Assembly (NCBI RefSeq): GCF_036321535.1 | Contig: NC_087444.1 | Span: 18,476,001-18,540,000 of the forward strand | Origin: Camelus dromedarius | Lineage: Eukaryota | Length of the DNA stretch: 64,000 nucleotides | Direction: 5' to 3' | Part shown: one piece after another, positions 23,663 to 37,637 of the stretch | How positions within the stretch are numbered: the first letter of the stretch is position 1 | Layout of the letters: every line of letters starts with the position of its first letter | The notes under the pieces: model-generated | Seen by the model: the letters and a program-made list of their open reading frames with translations, nothing else | Told to the model about the DNA's origin: nothing | Database searches by the model: none | Position numbers and translations under genes: made by a program

Positions 23663-24802
23663 AGCAAATACCATACTCCTAATTATTACTGAAAAACAAG
23701 GCCAGAATTTTTTCACTATCACTTGCTTCTCTTGCTGCTCTGGCCCTAACAATTTATATCCCATTCCCAAAGCCTCAACTCCAAATCCAGGATCTTGTCA
23801 TCTGCACCTGGTCTGCATGTGAATGAGGATCCTTGGGTACAGCTCCTCTCAGTGTGAAGACCTAGAACTAAGAAAATAAGTTCTTTGTCACCCCTCCCCC
23901 AAACACCCAATATATGAGAAAGGGACAGAATCACTGTAATAATTATTATTAAATGTAAGAATAATTGTAACAGAGCTCCTATTCAAAAAGGAGGAGAAGG
24001 GAATGGAGGCATTTACCAGTTGCTGGTCCATGACAGTGAAATTATGGTCAGGGGCTATGCAAATGATTGCCTCTATGATGTTCCAAAGCACCACTGTCAC
24101 TGGTGGGCACTCACTACGTGTGTTACATACCATTTACCAACTAAGACCATTAGAAGGCCGTTTTTCTAACAGCACAGTATTGACTACCTTCATGGATTTT
24201 ATCGATAAGCATCTACTTATATCATCAAACCACGTGTCTACAGAGGCTAGAGAGCTCCCAGGGAGAAGGAATATTAAAAAATTCCTGGTATACATAAGCT
24301 TTAATCATTTGCTTATAAATTAGTAAAACAAGGCTACAGTTAAGGGAAATCATCTCTTCTGTGAAATCGTTTTAAAATTATACTTCTCAAAAGGAACAGT
24401 TTCATATTCTTCTATGCCCCTTACATTATAGAAAAGCAACCAAGGAGGACTCAATCTACTAAAAGCTCCAATAGTTGTGATCGCTTCAGTGACATTTGAT
24501 CCCTAAGCCATACTTTTTTTTTTTTTTTTGTATTTGTGGGTTTTTGTACTTAATTTTCATTAGGTCAGTATTTCGATTATAGTCTCTAATTTTTAAAAAA
24601 GTCAGTCAGTGTACTCGATTTCTACCACTTACATCCTGTTCCCTTGAAACACTTTAAACTAGCAGCCCTTAACACTTCAATTTATTTCTTTTAGTACCTA
24701 ATTAAACATTCACAGTTTACCCAAACAAGTCAAAATGTGGAAAGCAAATCTGAAATTTTTCTGGTCCCTCTACTTCCAGTCCCTGGGATCTATGGTCTAG
24801 CT

Positions 24803-25020
24803 CAGTCTTTCTCAATCTGGGGTGATTCTGCCCCCCACCCACAGTACCTTTGACAATGACTAAGGACATTTTCAGTTGTCACACCTGGGGGTTCTATTGG
24901 CATCTAATGATACAGACCAGATACTGTTAATGATTATCCTTCAGTGCACAGGAAAACCACCCCCACAGCAAAGAATTATCTGGTCCCAAATGTCAACAAT
25001 ACCACTTTTGAGAAACCCTA
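24803..25020. mobile_element. MER20 hAT-Charlie MITE
   Basis: cagtctttctcaatc...ttgagaaacccta with 8-bp TSD gtctagct / gtctagat. Confidence 0.9.
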
Positions 25021-26660
25021 GTCTAGATAGAATTCCATCTATTATCTTCTGTATAGTCAATACAATATAACAAAACACACTTCAAACACCAATCCCAACA
25101 CCAACAGAATCCAATTACTTCCAGTCATTCATTCAATACCATTTATTGAGTAATGACTATGTGGTAGGCACAATGGAGACAGAAGGAAAGAAAGATAATC
25201 ACTGTCCTTAGAAATTGTTCGGTGGAGACAGACGACTCACAAGACCCAGGCCCTTGCCAGAAAATTCAGTACTAGCTGTATCTACTCCTATTAAAAGTCT
25301 AGTTGAGAGAAATGATGGGTGAAGAATTATTTGCAGGATATGCAGTCCATCTATGTATCCAGGAAGAAGTCCTTGAATTAAGCTGGATATTTGGGTCACA
25401 TTATCTTTTGTCCTTGAGGGGATGCACTCACTAAGCTCCATGTTAGAGTGATGCCCTCTGCTTGCACGGAGGAGTGCCACAAGTCAGGTGAAGCACTTTA
25501 CCAACTTCCCACAGGCATCTTCCACATACCACTCAGGGCCACCTGTGTGAAACTGCATGGAAATTTCTTTCAGAAATTAGAATTGAAATGTTTCTTCCTC
25601 TCTGATAACAACATATAACTATTTCTGTTTATTCTGACTGCCAGATCACTTCCAGAGCTAAGGCTGAGGCTCAACTCTGCCAACTACATAGGCCCTTTCA
25701 GCCTGAACGTTTGCATACCTTCCCATCCCTAACCCAGCTGGTTTTCATGGGTATTTTTATTTTTCCTGTGCTGGGTTCTCTGGTTATTTTATACTTCGCC
25801 ATCATTTTATTACATCTGTTTTTGCCATAAGTTGTCTCAATGTGTAAAACGTGGTATGGTATGAAAAAAGTCAAAAGTGAGAAAGAGTGACAAGAAAGTA
25901 ATTACAATAGTCCTGCTAGACACAGGCACTGACTGCTTTCACGGCTTGAGTGAGACCCCTAACGATGGCACTGAGGGTCACAGCGAACTCCCTGTAAGAG
26001 CTCATGCCTGAGGTGAACACTGAGATAGACTAGGTGTTACTTAAAAAAGATATGAGGGTGAGGAAATGTCCCAGGCACAAGAGAAAGCAGCAGGGGCCGA
26101 GGTGCAGGGGGGAGAGAGGACTTAGTAGTGTATCCAGGGAATTGCAGGTGGTTTGCTTTTGCCAGAACAGAGGGAATTTCGGGGAGTGCTGAGCCACAGC
26201 ACTGAAGAGGCACTTTAGATGCCACACTGAGGACTTTGATCTCTGGCCTAAAAAGCATGATTAGAAATACGAGAACAGTAAGGAATTTACTGCAGTAATC
26301 CAGGGGAGAAAAAATGCCTCCCAAAAATGATGACGCCATCAGTCCAGAGACTTCAGGCATCTTTAAGTAGTAAAATAACCCCTTAAACTGATTAGAAAAA
26401 AAGCCAAATCCTATCACCGCATTCCCACCCGCTTACCGACAACATTAACCTTTACAACATCACCTGGAAAAATGGGGTCATTCACCAATAAGTATGAGAG
26501 AAATATGTCAATGGTCTTTGGACAAAAGCATAAGAATCTTGATCCCTAGATTCCTATTCTCCTTTGCATTTGACATTATCTGGACTTACAAGCAGCTGTA
26601 GTAAGAAAAACTAAGGAACTCTGACAGCTATTCATCTCACTCAGGACAGGCAAGAAGCTG

Positions 26661-27088
26661 TTAGGATTTAAAGTCTCCAATTGTTCCAATCACAGTTTCT
26701 AATACAGAAATAAAACTGTGCAGTGTCTCTGTCCTCGTCTTGCTTTGTTTCACAGAGACCTGCATTTCTAAGTTCTCGGGCTCCAACAGCAGTTCTGTTA
26801 GGAACAGACAGCCAGTATCGTCCTGAGCACTGAGGTAGGCTTTCCACGGCTGCGCCCCAGCCCTGCTCATGGCGATGGTCTGGATGTTCACCACTTGCAG
26901 GGCCATCTGGAGGGTGTCAGGATGGACCATTCCCTGCCACGGGAACACTTGCTGATGAGCAACTTTGAGGCTAAGCCAAGTTTTCTCAAAACACTCAGCA
27001 GTTAGCTGACGATTGGGGACTAGCATGAGGGCTCCGGAATCGGGGAGATCTTGTACCCTCTCCTTGTTCTCTGCAGGAACCAGGGGTC
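26661..27088 (-). CDS. AP4B1: AP4B1 (AP-4 beta-1) coding exon 10
   Basis: cttttag|GACCC...; [31 protein letters not shown]...IGDFKS*; 428 nt. Confidence 0.97.
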
Positions 27089-27352
27089 CTAAAAGAGTCG
27101 AAAAGTTTGTGTAAGAGATGTTCTTAATCGACAGGAACTACATTGTCAAATCTAGATGTCCAAACGTACACAATGTGACTTTTATCTGTAGATAAATGGC
27201 TTATATAACCAATGATGAACTACTTTCTTATTCACAAAGATTTCAAATTCAGGCAACAGGCTGAGACTTAGAGAGGGTCCTCTACTCTCTACCAGTCATT
27301 GCAAGAGATAAAGATTTTTCATGACAAGGTACAAAGTAAAGACTGTTTCTAC

Positions 27353-27631
27353 CTGATGTGGCACAGGATGCATTAGGAAGCTCTGGGCCATGATGCTCTA
27401 CCCCTCGGCACTTGGAGATGGTTGCCCAGCGGGCTTTGCCATATACTGGCACCAGTGTGTTGAAGTCGGAGGCCCAGCTGTTCACAGGTCTTTCTGCCTG
27501 ATCCTCCAAAAGTCCAAGAGAAGGGTCAGACTTAGGGCTGCACAGGATCCGCTTCACTTCGTCTACACCAGCTAAGAGGAGGCGATAATAGAAGAGACCT
27601 CGGTCCCGTACGGCCATATCTTTTTCTTCCT
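27353..27631 (-). CDS. AP4B1: AP4B1 coding exon 9
   Basis: ctccctcag|[19 protein letters not shown]...[11 protein letters not shown]|gtagaa; 279 nt. Confidence 0.96.
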
Positions 27632-27836
27632 CTGAGGGAGAACGACAGACTGAGTTAATTAAAAACAAAATCCAACACACTCTTTCTACCCCTATGCCAA
27701 CCAAAATAAGAGAGAAAAATAAAGGAGGGAGAAAACCCTAAAAAATGTTGACATTTTCTTCTTGGGTCCCAGACATGAGAGCCGTGAGACCTTACTGGCA
27801 GCCACGGCAGGTACCATTTCCTCCCGGGGAGCCTAC

Positions 27837-28044
27837 CTATGCAGTAATGCAGCAAACGGCCCAGCGTGTCCTGACACTCGGCCGGTCGGGAGAGGAAAAG
27901 GCGCAGCAGTGCCGTGAGCAGCTCCATCTTAACAGCTGGAAACGTCTCTGACTTCACGTTCTCTACAAAGTCCTCCAACACATAAGGAGCATTGGGAATT
28001 CGTTCCCCATGGATGCCCAGGAGCCAAATCAGCGCCTGCTTCCC
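27837..28044 (-). CDS. AP4B1: AP4B1 coding exon 8
   Basis: attccccag|[10 protein letters not shown]...LLHYCI|gtaggc; 208 nt. Confidence 0.97.
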
Positions 28045-28790
28045 CTGGGGAATAAGGGAATGAGAACAGGGGCTCAACATTTGTCCAAAACACAGGCCAC
28101 AGTAGACCACTGCAGATTTTGCTTTTCCCCTAGTGTCAGCAGAAAAGGTATAATACTGTATTTACTTCAACTTGCATTTATTGATCTCCCACTACTACAC
28201 TCTCTATAAGAAAGAGGAATGAAATTCTAGCACACAAAAGGAGACTCAAGACTCTCATGGCCTAGATTGCTTAAACAGTAAGGTTTCCTCAGCTTTGGGA
28301 CCTCTGCCCCAATTTGGAGTTTAACGCTTCAGTGGAAGCTACTGGAAGATTTCCCGAAGTTACTTCATCAAAGTGGTGGTTAACCTAGAATGCACATCAA
28401 AGTCACCTGTGAAGCTTCTTAAAATTCTATGTGTCTAGGTCTACCACTCCTGAATATTTGAGTAGACCTGGGGTAAAGCCCAAATATTTGCAAAAATTCC
28501 ACAAACTATTCTGATTTTCATTCCAGCTGAAAACTCTCTGGTCTGAATCTCTGACTCAAAACTGTTCATGAGAACAATGGTATCAAAATATGTGTAATAA
28601 AACCACAGATAAATCCTAATATTTTTATCATTTATACCTTTTCTACACCCCAAAGAGAATCTGAGGTGGCAATCAATTCTGAGAATTTCCACTTCAGACA
28701 CTGGGTAGAAAGAATGATTAGATTCCATTTCCCAGAGCAGGGTCCCAAGCATCCCCCTGTGCCTGGAAGGAAAGGCGAGCTACAGTCTAC

Positions 28791-28894
28791 CTCGCTGTCC
28801 TGAATGTGCTCCTCACAGCCGGGCAGGGCCTGACACACGGCTTCCGTACACTGGGGACACAGCCAAACCAGGTCTCGGAAAGTCTGCACCACCA
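28791..28894 (-). CDS. AP4B1: AP4B1 coding exon 7
   Basis: gttgcag|[35 protein letters not shown]|gtagac; 104 nt. Confidence 0.97.
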
Positions 28895-29542
28895 CTGCAA
28901 CACAGCTCAGGATACAAGAGCACAAGATTAGAGCCCACACGCAGGAAAGAATCTTGTTATATATTCAGACTAGACTGCTGGGTGAATTTCTGTAAAATGA
29001 GTGTTGGAGGGGGAGGTCAATGATTATCTGAGAAATGTCTGACATGGGCAACAATTCCTTCAATGAATGTCGCTATTATCAGATGGCCATGAGGATAACT
29101 GAGTTAATGTCTGCGAAAGCGCTAGGCAAAACAGAAAGCTATGTTCAAATGTGGTGGAGTGCTGTTGCTGAGTGATGCTCTGAAGACAGTATCAATGGAG
29201 TGACCAGGGCTGGGGTTATGGTGAAGCAAGCAAGGTGCCAGGGTGTGAAATTTAAGAAGACGCACAGAGCTAGCACCTGCACAAACCTGAGAATGAGTGC
29301 CTCTTTAAATGTCTGCATCCTAGGCACCTTGCTTGCCTCACCCTAGGCTCAGCCCCCAAAGCCTCTGCTTACAGTATGCTGCCATAAAGCAAAAAGAGGG
29401 GTAAAGGTGGGAAAATAACAAGCCAGGTCATCCTAGCATCCTTCACCATCTATAGAACAGCCTTGTTGACTCATGGCAACCTGAAGACTCTACCCTGTTA
29501 TGCTTCTCTGATGGAAACAGATTTAAACTTCCCTATTATTCA

Positions 29543-29752
<210 letters not shown>

Positions 29753-30714
29753 TTAGTACCTTATTCTAAGATAATTGTCCACTAGGCAAAGACAAAGGGG
29801 ACCAGAAATACCTTTAAAAAATTCCCCCCATGGTGGATGAAATAAGAATCTAAGTTTGCCATATAAAGGGAACTGTGGTAAAAAGGAATTTCCATCGAAC
29901 AAGGCTGAAAACTTTCAGCAGCAAAGGTATTCACGTGGCAGCCAGTGTTCTGCAGCACACCCACACGGGGGTATTCCTGCTAGGAACACTCTCCTGACTG
30001 CAGGCTTTCTACTCCCATCCTTGTTCCCTCTTCTCTGCCCCTAAAAATAACCATACTTTATTCCACATATGAGGGTTCTTTCTCCTCCTCCACCTGAAGC
30101 CCCCCAGGACTTAGCTCCCCAGCTGCTTTCATTGTGTGACTCACTCTAGCCTTCTGAATCCAGACAGAGTGGTATGAAAAAGTCTGTAAGCTTTAGGTGT
30201 GACTCTGTGTGGCCTACTCAGCACAATACATAGCCCAGTGAAGTTCAATAAACAGCTGGTGAACTGCCACAGGACTTTGAGTCAGGAAAGCTCGGCTTCA
30301 GGCCCAAGTCAAGAACTGTATGACCTTTGGGCAATTTAATAAACTTTTTGTGCCTGAGTTTCTTCATCTTTAAAATGAAGTTAATAACACTTACCTGCTT
30401 CTCTTGATTGCCTCACAAGACTGGTAAAATGATACACAGGAAGACATTTTGGATAATAGGCAACAAAAGGCAATATAAATTGTAAGTGTCATCATTTGAG
30501 TTACCTGTATTCTATATCCTAGAAGATATGGCAACACCAGTGTTGACCAAAAACAACGTTCCTCCTCCTGCTTGTTTGTAGTCATTGACCCAATTCTTTG
30601 GTGCAAGAAATTTGGTCTCTGAGGCAAGATTCATCCCCTTTGGCTCTCTGTGGTTCCACAGATTTCTAGCTGGCTGGTCTAGGCTCTTCAACACGAAGAG
30701 CAGCAGACACCTAC

Positions 30715-31211
30715 CTATGGCAAAGACGGCGGCCTGTGCAAAGTCAGCAGACACATCGGTGCAGTACCCGCGGAGCTCCTCCAGCACCTGCTGCACGTTC
30801 TCATCGTTCACCAGCTCACACAGCACCTCCACCTTCTGGAGCTTGATGTAGTGGGGCTCCGAGTAGGAGCAAAAAAACTTTTTGTAGTGGCTGCTAAAGT
30901 GACCCGGCAAACTATGCAGGATCTGGCGTACATGACAGAGGGCGGCGAAACAGAGCTCACGGCTCTCAGAAGAACAGGCAGCCAGCAAAGGTCCCTTGAC
31001 CTGCATGAGCACATCAGTTTGAACATGGGGGAATTTTTTGGCCAAGATCAGAAAGAGTTTGGCGGCTCCCATCACCACCCCTGGGCTGCTGCTCTTGAGA
31101 AAACTGTCCAACAGATTGAGAATGTCAAACAGCTCCTCCTCACTGCGGGGTTGGTAGCGCAGCAGAAAGTTCAGTACTTCAGCCTGGCCCCATTGGTCCA
31201 GTTTTGACATT
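30715..31211 (-). CDS. AP4B1: AP4B1 coding exon 5
   Basis: ttttggatag|[19 protein letters not shown]...FAQAAVFAI|gtaggt; 497 nt. Confidence 0.97.
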
Positions 31212-31750
31212 CTATCCAAAAAAGAAAACGAAAGTGCTGTTTTAGCAACAAAATTAGGACCACCTCCATGCAACCGCAATGTCACCAGTCACCTGTTCAT
31301 CATAACCAGAATTCTTCAAAATAGGTTGAGCCATAGTCAAATTATTCTTTTTATGTACCACTTAAAGTGTACACATAATAAGGCTTTAAATTCTAGGATG
31401 AGTTTATAGTACAAATGCACACTTGTCTAAGGCCAAAGACATGATCACTCTACCCTAGATCCAGATTCTCTACATTTTAAAGCAGCATGAATGGCTTAGT
31501 TTGGGGGACATAATGATTGCAGAGGACAGAATCTATCCCCAAAGGATGTTTCTGCCATCTCTCTGTATCACCAGATGAAATGAAAACAAAAAATTCTCTC
31601 AATGAAATATGAGGAAATTAATAGTTATGGTTAACTTTCTTTACTATTCTACAGTACTTGTTGAAGACCTCTCCTTAATTCAACACATCAACAGCATCCC
31701 ACTGGGATGCAGATCTGATCACGACACAAAGAGCACAGAGGCATCCAAAC

Positions 31751-31898
31751 CGATTTAAGAGATGGTGGGCGATGGGCTTATTGATGACAACACCTCCTTC
31801 CTGTTTCAGAATTTCCTCCAGAGACCTCAAGCAGTTTACAACCACAATTGGATCCTGGTCACGTAGCAAACTATATAATTCATTTACCAGGGCACCAT
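31751..31898 (-). CDS. AP4B1: AP4B1 coding exon 4
   Basis: cttttatag|[24 protein letters not shown]...HHLLNR|gtttgg; 148 nt. Confidence 0.96.
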
Positions 31899-32251
31899 CT
31901 ATAAAAGAGAACAAAGATCTCAGATAAAGAAAAGCTTCAGAGTCACAGGGATAGAGCCAGTCACGGCTCTAGGTAGACGAAGCTGAACTTCTCTGCTACA
32001 AAAATAATAATGGCAGTAACAAAGTGCAACGCAAAAACAGTTGCCATTTCCAGACTTTTCTAAGTTACTATTACAAAGGTTCTCACCTCTGTCCCCAAAG
32101 AAAGGATTCTCTAATCACAGAAAATACCAAGCCCTGCATCCTTCTTAAAAGAAACATACAGAAATAGAGGCATGGTATTATTTTCTACCAAAGCTACATA
32201 ATCTTTTACAAAGTCAAACATAAAACTGGAAACACAATTAAATATTGATCA

Positions 32252-32425
<174 letters not shown>

Positions 32426-32559
32426 TCAGCCAGATCCTGAAATACTGGTTCTGACATAATTTAGCCCTGATCCACTTAACAGGGGGTTTAGCGATGCTTG
32501 AATATGCATCCATCGGATTCTTCTCCAACAAACTGGAGAAAGCTGCTGCCAAACTCAAA

Positions 32560-32775
32560 TAGTCTCACTTTATACAAAATAGATAGACAATAAGAACCAA
32601 CTGTATAGCACAGGGAATTATATTCAATTTTTTCAACTTCTTGTAATAACCTATAATGGAAAAGAATCTGAAAAAATTTATGTATGTGTGTATATGTATA
32701 ACTGATTGTTTTGCTGTACACCTGAAACTAACATTGTAAATCAACTACACTTCAATAAAAAATATAATTTTTTTA
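32560..32775 (+). mobile_element. Cetartiodactyl L1 3' end in AP4B1 intron 2
   Basis: ctgtatagcacagggaattatattc...gctgtacacctgaaactaacattgtaaatcaactacacttcaataaaa. Confidence 0.85.
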
Positions 32776-33120
32776 AAAAGGACCTCACTGGACTTTTCAT
32801 GTAGAATAATGCTGCACAGGCAGCAGTAAATAAATAACTGAAATAATATATATATTTAGAAATCTTTATAATAATAATAATAACATACATATTTAGAAAT
32901 CTTTAATTATTTCACCTATAGTAAGGATAGAAAAATCCCTTAATGAAATCATATATATACAATTTTTTAAACCAAAGCAATGGCCAAAAACATAAGTGCA
33001 GGTTATAATAGTGTTTCCCCCAGTATTATGAAGCTCAAATAAATTGTCATCATTAAAAACCTGCCCCATGGCCACATGAACTCATCAGCCACGAGATACT
33101 GGCAGGGAAGGTGTGCTCAC

Positions 33121-33345
33121 CTGAGGCTACACATGCTCCGTAGTGCCAGCCCTCGCACCATCGGGTTGGGGTCCGAACNNNNNNNNNNNNNNNNNNNNNN
33201 NNNNNNNNNNNNNNNNNNNNNNNNNNNNNNNNNNNNNNNNNNNNNNNNNNNNNNNNNNNNNNNNNNNNNNNNNNNNNNNNNNNNNNNNNNNNNNNNNNNN
33301 NNNNNNNNNNNNNNNNNNGACATGTCCAAGCCCTGAGTCATGTGC
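33121..33345 (-). CDS. AP4B1: AP4B1 coding exon 2 (contains 140-N gap)
   Basis: ggttttag|RHMTQGLDMS-[N140]-SDPNPMVRGLALRSMCSLR|gtgagc; 225 nt including the gap keeps the frame. Confidence 0.93.
33179..33318. other. Assembly gap (140 N)
   Basis: Run of N inside AP4B1 exon 2. Confidence 0.99.
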
Positions 33346-33974
33346 CTAAAACCAACACACATAGCAGGAAAAAGTAAAATATTTAACCCCCAACCAACAA
33401 CAGAAAGCATTTTACTTATATGTGTCCTGGATATCCAACTAGATTGTGATCTCTTGAAGGGAAGCAACCAGGTCTACCTTGCCTGTCCTACCACACAATA
33501 CCTCATACCATGGGCCTGCAATAAACGTTCTTCTAGTCATTCAACAAATACTTATTGAATTCCTAGTACATTCCAGTGAAATTCAACTTGTACATTCCAC
33601 AGGTATGTCCTGGAGTCATAATCTTGAAGAAGGCAAGGTCTCAGATCTCTAGGAACTCGAAGTCTACCAAGGAGTGAGACAAGAACACCGCTAATTACAG
33701 AAAGATAGATAAGTATTATAACAGAAGTAACAGACAAGGTGCAGTGAGGATCAGTGGGTCATACTGCCAGAAGGTCATACATTGTTTCCACAGAGGAAGT
33801 AATACTTTAGCTGAATGTGCAGGAGCTCAGGCAGGTATAGCAGAGAGGTAATAACACATGCTACGAGGCCTAAGGACATGAGCAGGAACAGTACATTCTT
33901 TTGAGAGTCTGCAGGTAGTTAACTGGGTGTTCCTTGGGTGCTATAAGAAATTTGGACACTATGCTGTAGATCAC

Positions 33975-34150
33975 TGTTTCTCAAACTGTGATCTCCTAGA
34001 GAAATTAGATGGGATGTCTGTTTAAAACGCAGATTCCGTGGTTCCATCCCACCCTACTGAAATCAGAATTACTGCACTGGATGAAAAATTTACGTTTTCT
34101 TCAAAAACAACCTAAGGGACTTTGGTGCACACTAAAGTTTGTGATTCACA
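33975..34150. mobile_element. MER5-like hAT MITE
   Basis: cactgtttctcaaactg...gcagattcc...cacactaaagtttg. Confidence 0.65.
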
Positions 34151-34765
34151 ACTATAGGCAAGAGTTATATTGTCAAATTCAGATGTTGGAAATCATTCTG
34201 ACTGAAATGAGCAGCCAAGGTGACCTACTTCTAAGCTATTGCAATTGCTTTAATAAGGAAACCAGAACAACAGCAGTACCAACTAAAAAAAAAAAAAGGA
34301 TGTATATTTAGAACCATGAACCCATACCATCTGACCTGAGCAGTGGAGATCAGGAGCCAGTAGGACTGACTCCCACACTTGGTCAGCTGGGTGGTGACAT
34401 TCAACAACGCAAATACAAGCGGAAGAGCAGGTTTGGGGAGGGGGGAAGGCTGCAGGTGCTATTTTGCATGTCTTTGAAGAAATATGCAGGTGGAAATGTC
34501 GAGCTGGCAGTAGGATATGTGGGTCTCACGATAAAAAAGGAGGCCTGTGCTAAACATATTAGAGATCTGGAAGTCAGCAGTACAAGTTCGAGATATGGAT
34601 GAAACCACCCATCTGAGTCAAAGAAGTAAAACATGTCCCACAAGGGAGATGACACTCCAGAGGAGCAGAAAAACCAAATTAGACAACTGCCGTGTATGGA
34701 AGTTCATTCGCTTTCAGAGCGGCCAAGGGTAGAGGGCCCTGGTGGGGATGGCAATGTGGGAGTTA

Positions 34766-34930
<165 letters not shown>

Positions 34931-35759
34931 CTAGGTAACTCGTGGGCTCCTCTGGCCCCGAAGAGGGGACCTGGGTAAAGGAAACGTCAGTCAGCGAAGA
35001 CACTACAGGCGCGGTCTCGCCCCAGCCTTGGCTTCCCCTGGGCCTAGCACGCCCTCACTTCAACCCGCTCGCTCCCGGGCGAGGCCCACCCTAGGCTCTT
35101 CGTTTCCTTCCCGGGACCAGCAGGCCAGTTCGCTCCGCCCACAGATGTCTCCCGCAACCTTTAGGCCCTTCGACCTATTTCCAGCCCGGCAGCCCACAGT
35201 CCGCGGACCCCTCCCTCTCCCGTTCCAGCCTTTCTTGCGCCTCCACGAGGTTGCCGTCACCTACAGGCCCAATCAAGCTTTCCGCGGAAGTCCCGCCTTC
35301 TCGAGAGACACCGCGCAGAGCAGCTGCCAATCACCCTCTCCCGGGGAGCGCCGAGCGTAGCCTGGACTCGACCTTAGGGTGCCCTTCCCCCAACCTCTCA
35401 CCTCCCGGCGCAGACGCGCGGCTCCCTCTGGCGGAGCTGCAACGGACAATCGGAGATCGGCTACTTCGGCCTGTCCCCGCCCCGCAGCGCGCGCTTTGAG
35501 TGCCGGGCTAGGGCCCCGGTTCCCGCGCGCTGTGGGGAGTGGCGCCCGGGCAAGCGCCTTTCACGATTTGCAATCCCATCTCCCGCCTCCCACGACCACT
35601 GCCACTTCCTTCTTTCTGCCCAGTCTAGGCACTCATTCCTCTGTTGGGCTGGCTTGTCCTTAGGGTCTCCGGCCCTGTTCTTGCCTCAGCATGACTTTTT
35701 CCAGGGCGCTGTTGCAGGAGCCTCACGCAGGGGCTCTCCCATGAAGATCCCACTGGTGA

Positions 35760-35969
<210 letters not shown>

Positions 35970-36233
35970 TGAGGGGCTGGAGTGGCCGTCGAGAGTTGGT
36001 CCCGGCATCTGGGTGGGGACTTCCGATCTGTCACAGCCTTGGAGTCACAGAGTAGGGGCCAGGAGGACCGGTTTTTACAAATGCGGGAGTTGTTTGAACC
36101 CAGAAATGCATCATTAGCACAGAACAGGAGTGTGTCTTACAACTGGCTGACTTGGGATGTTTCAACGATAAGTTGGGGAGATCTTTCAGTTCAGCCAGGG
36201 AAACTTTTCCTACCTTTTTACATAAGCTGGGCC

Positions 36234-36433
36234 AGTGTTTCCCAAACCTGACTCATAATAAGAATCCACCTAATGTACTGAGTGAAACACAGATTCTCTA
36301 GCACCTCCTGCCTCCACCATCTGATTCAGTAGGCATGGCTGGTGCAGGTCCTGGAAATGTGGTTGGAAAAAAAATTTTTAACCAGTGTCCTCTCCAAAAG
36401 GGTTATTACGATCAGGAAAGTTTGAGAATTGCT
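36234..36433. mobile_element. MER5B-like hAT MITE in DCLRE1B intron 1
   Basis: cagtgtttcccaaac...ctgattcagtagg...aaagtttgagaattgctg. Confidence 0.7.
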
Positions 36434-36597
36434 GAGTAGACTTGTTTTTTGAACTCTTTAATTTTAACTTATACAAAGGGTGGGGCAGAGAGTGGAAGGA
36501 GGAAGGAAGGATTGGGAATCCCCATTACAGCTTCTGATCCAGGAAGGTATCAGGGAGAGGAGCCTGTGTTCTATGGGATACCCAACTGTTTCCTTAG

Positions 36598-36825
<228 letters not shown>

Positions 36826-37100
36826 TAATAGAAGTCTGAAGATCTTCATGCCATATGAGCACGGTGACCCTTTCTCAACTGATTTCCCACCCTTTAAGGG
36901 TATAACCTCATAAAGAGTAACGAAAAAACAGGAGCATGATAGAGACATTTCCACAAAGAAGCTCTACTACACTAGTTCATTGCCAAACTCCAGTTTTCCC
37001 ACAAGCCAGTAAGCAAATGCTCATCTGTTCTTGGAGTTGGGAGAATCTGATCTTCCATACTTTTGCCTGACTCTCTGCCCCCCATATATTCTTCTTCCAG

Positions 37101-37283
37101 GTGATTTTCGGTACACACCATCCATGCTAAAGGAGCCAGCTCTGAGGCAGGGGAAACAGATCCACACCTTATACCTAGACAATACCAATTGCAATCCAGC
37201 CCTGGTTCTTCCTTCCCAACAAGAAGCTACCCGCCAGATTATTGAGCTCATTCGAAAGTACCCACTACATAACATAAAAATTG
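37101..37283 (+). CDS. DCLRE1B: DCLRE1B exon 3
   Basis: cttcttccag|[13 protein letters not shown]...[10 protein letters not shown]...HNIKI|gtgagg; 183 nt. Confidence 0.97.
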
Positions 37284-37588
37284 GTGAGGGGTTTCCTTTC
37301 CTTTTTCTCTCACTCAGTTGGAGCTGGTGAATCTAGGTTCTTGGGGAGGGGGGGAGGTTCTCACATCTTTCTTTGTGCACATTTCCTTTTCTCCAAGAAA
37401 CTTACCCTGACCACCTTATTTAAAATTGTAATCTGCCCGCATCCCTACTCCCACATTCCCAACTCCTGATCCCCTATGTCAATTCAACTTGTCCGTTTTC
37501 TCATAGCACTCGTCAACTTCCTATGTACCCCATTTATGTTTTAATATGCTGTTGCTTTGTTGTTGACTGTCTGTCCCACTTCCCCTGC

Positions 37589-37637
37589 CACACACATACA
37601 CGCATGCACACACACACACACACATACATACACACAA
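37589..37637. repeat. Interrupted (CA)n microsatellite in DCLRE1B intron 3
   Basis: Seen directly. Confidence 0.9.

Noticed and set aside
30512-31285. 257-aa ORF as a standalone gene
   Set aside because: It is AP4B1 exon 5 plus intronic read-through on both sides.
33440-33600. Tail-to-tail L2 junction as a miR-28/151-like hairpin
   Set aside because: Only CAATAA/TTATTG pairs cleanly by eye; no extended stem is visible.
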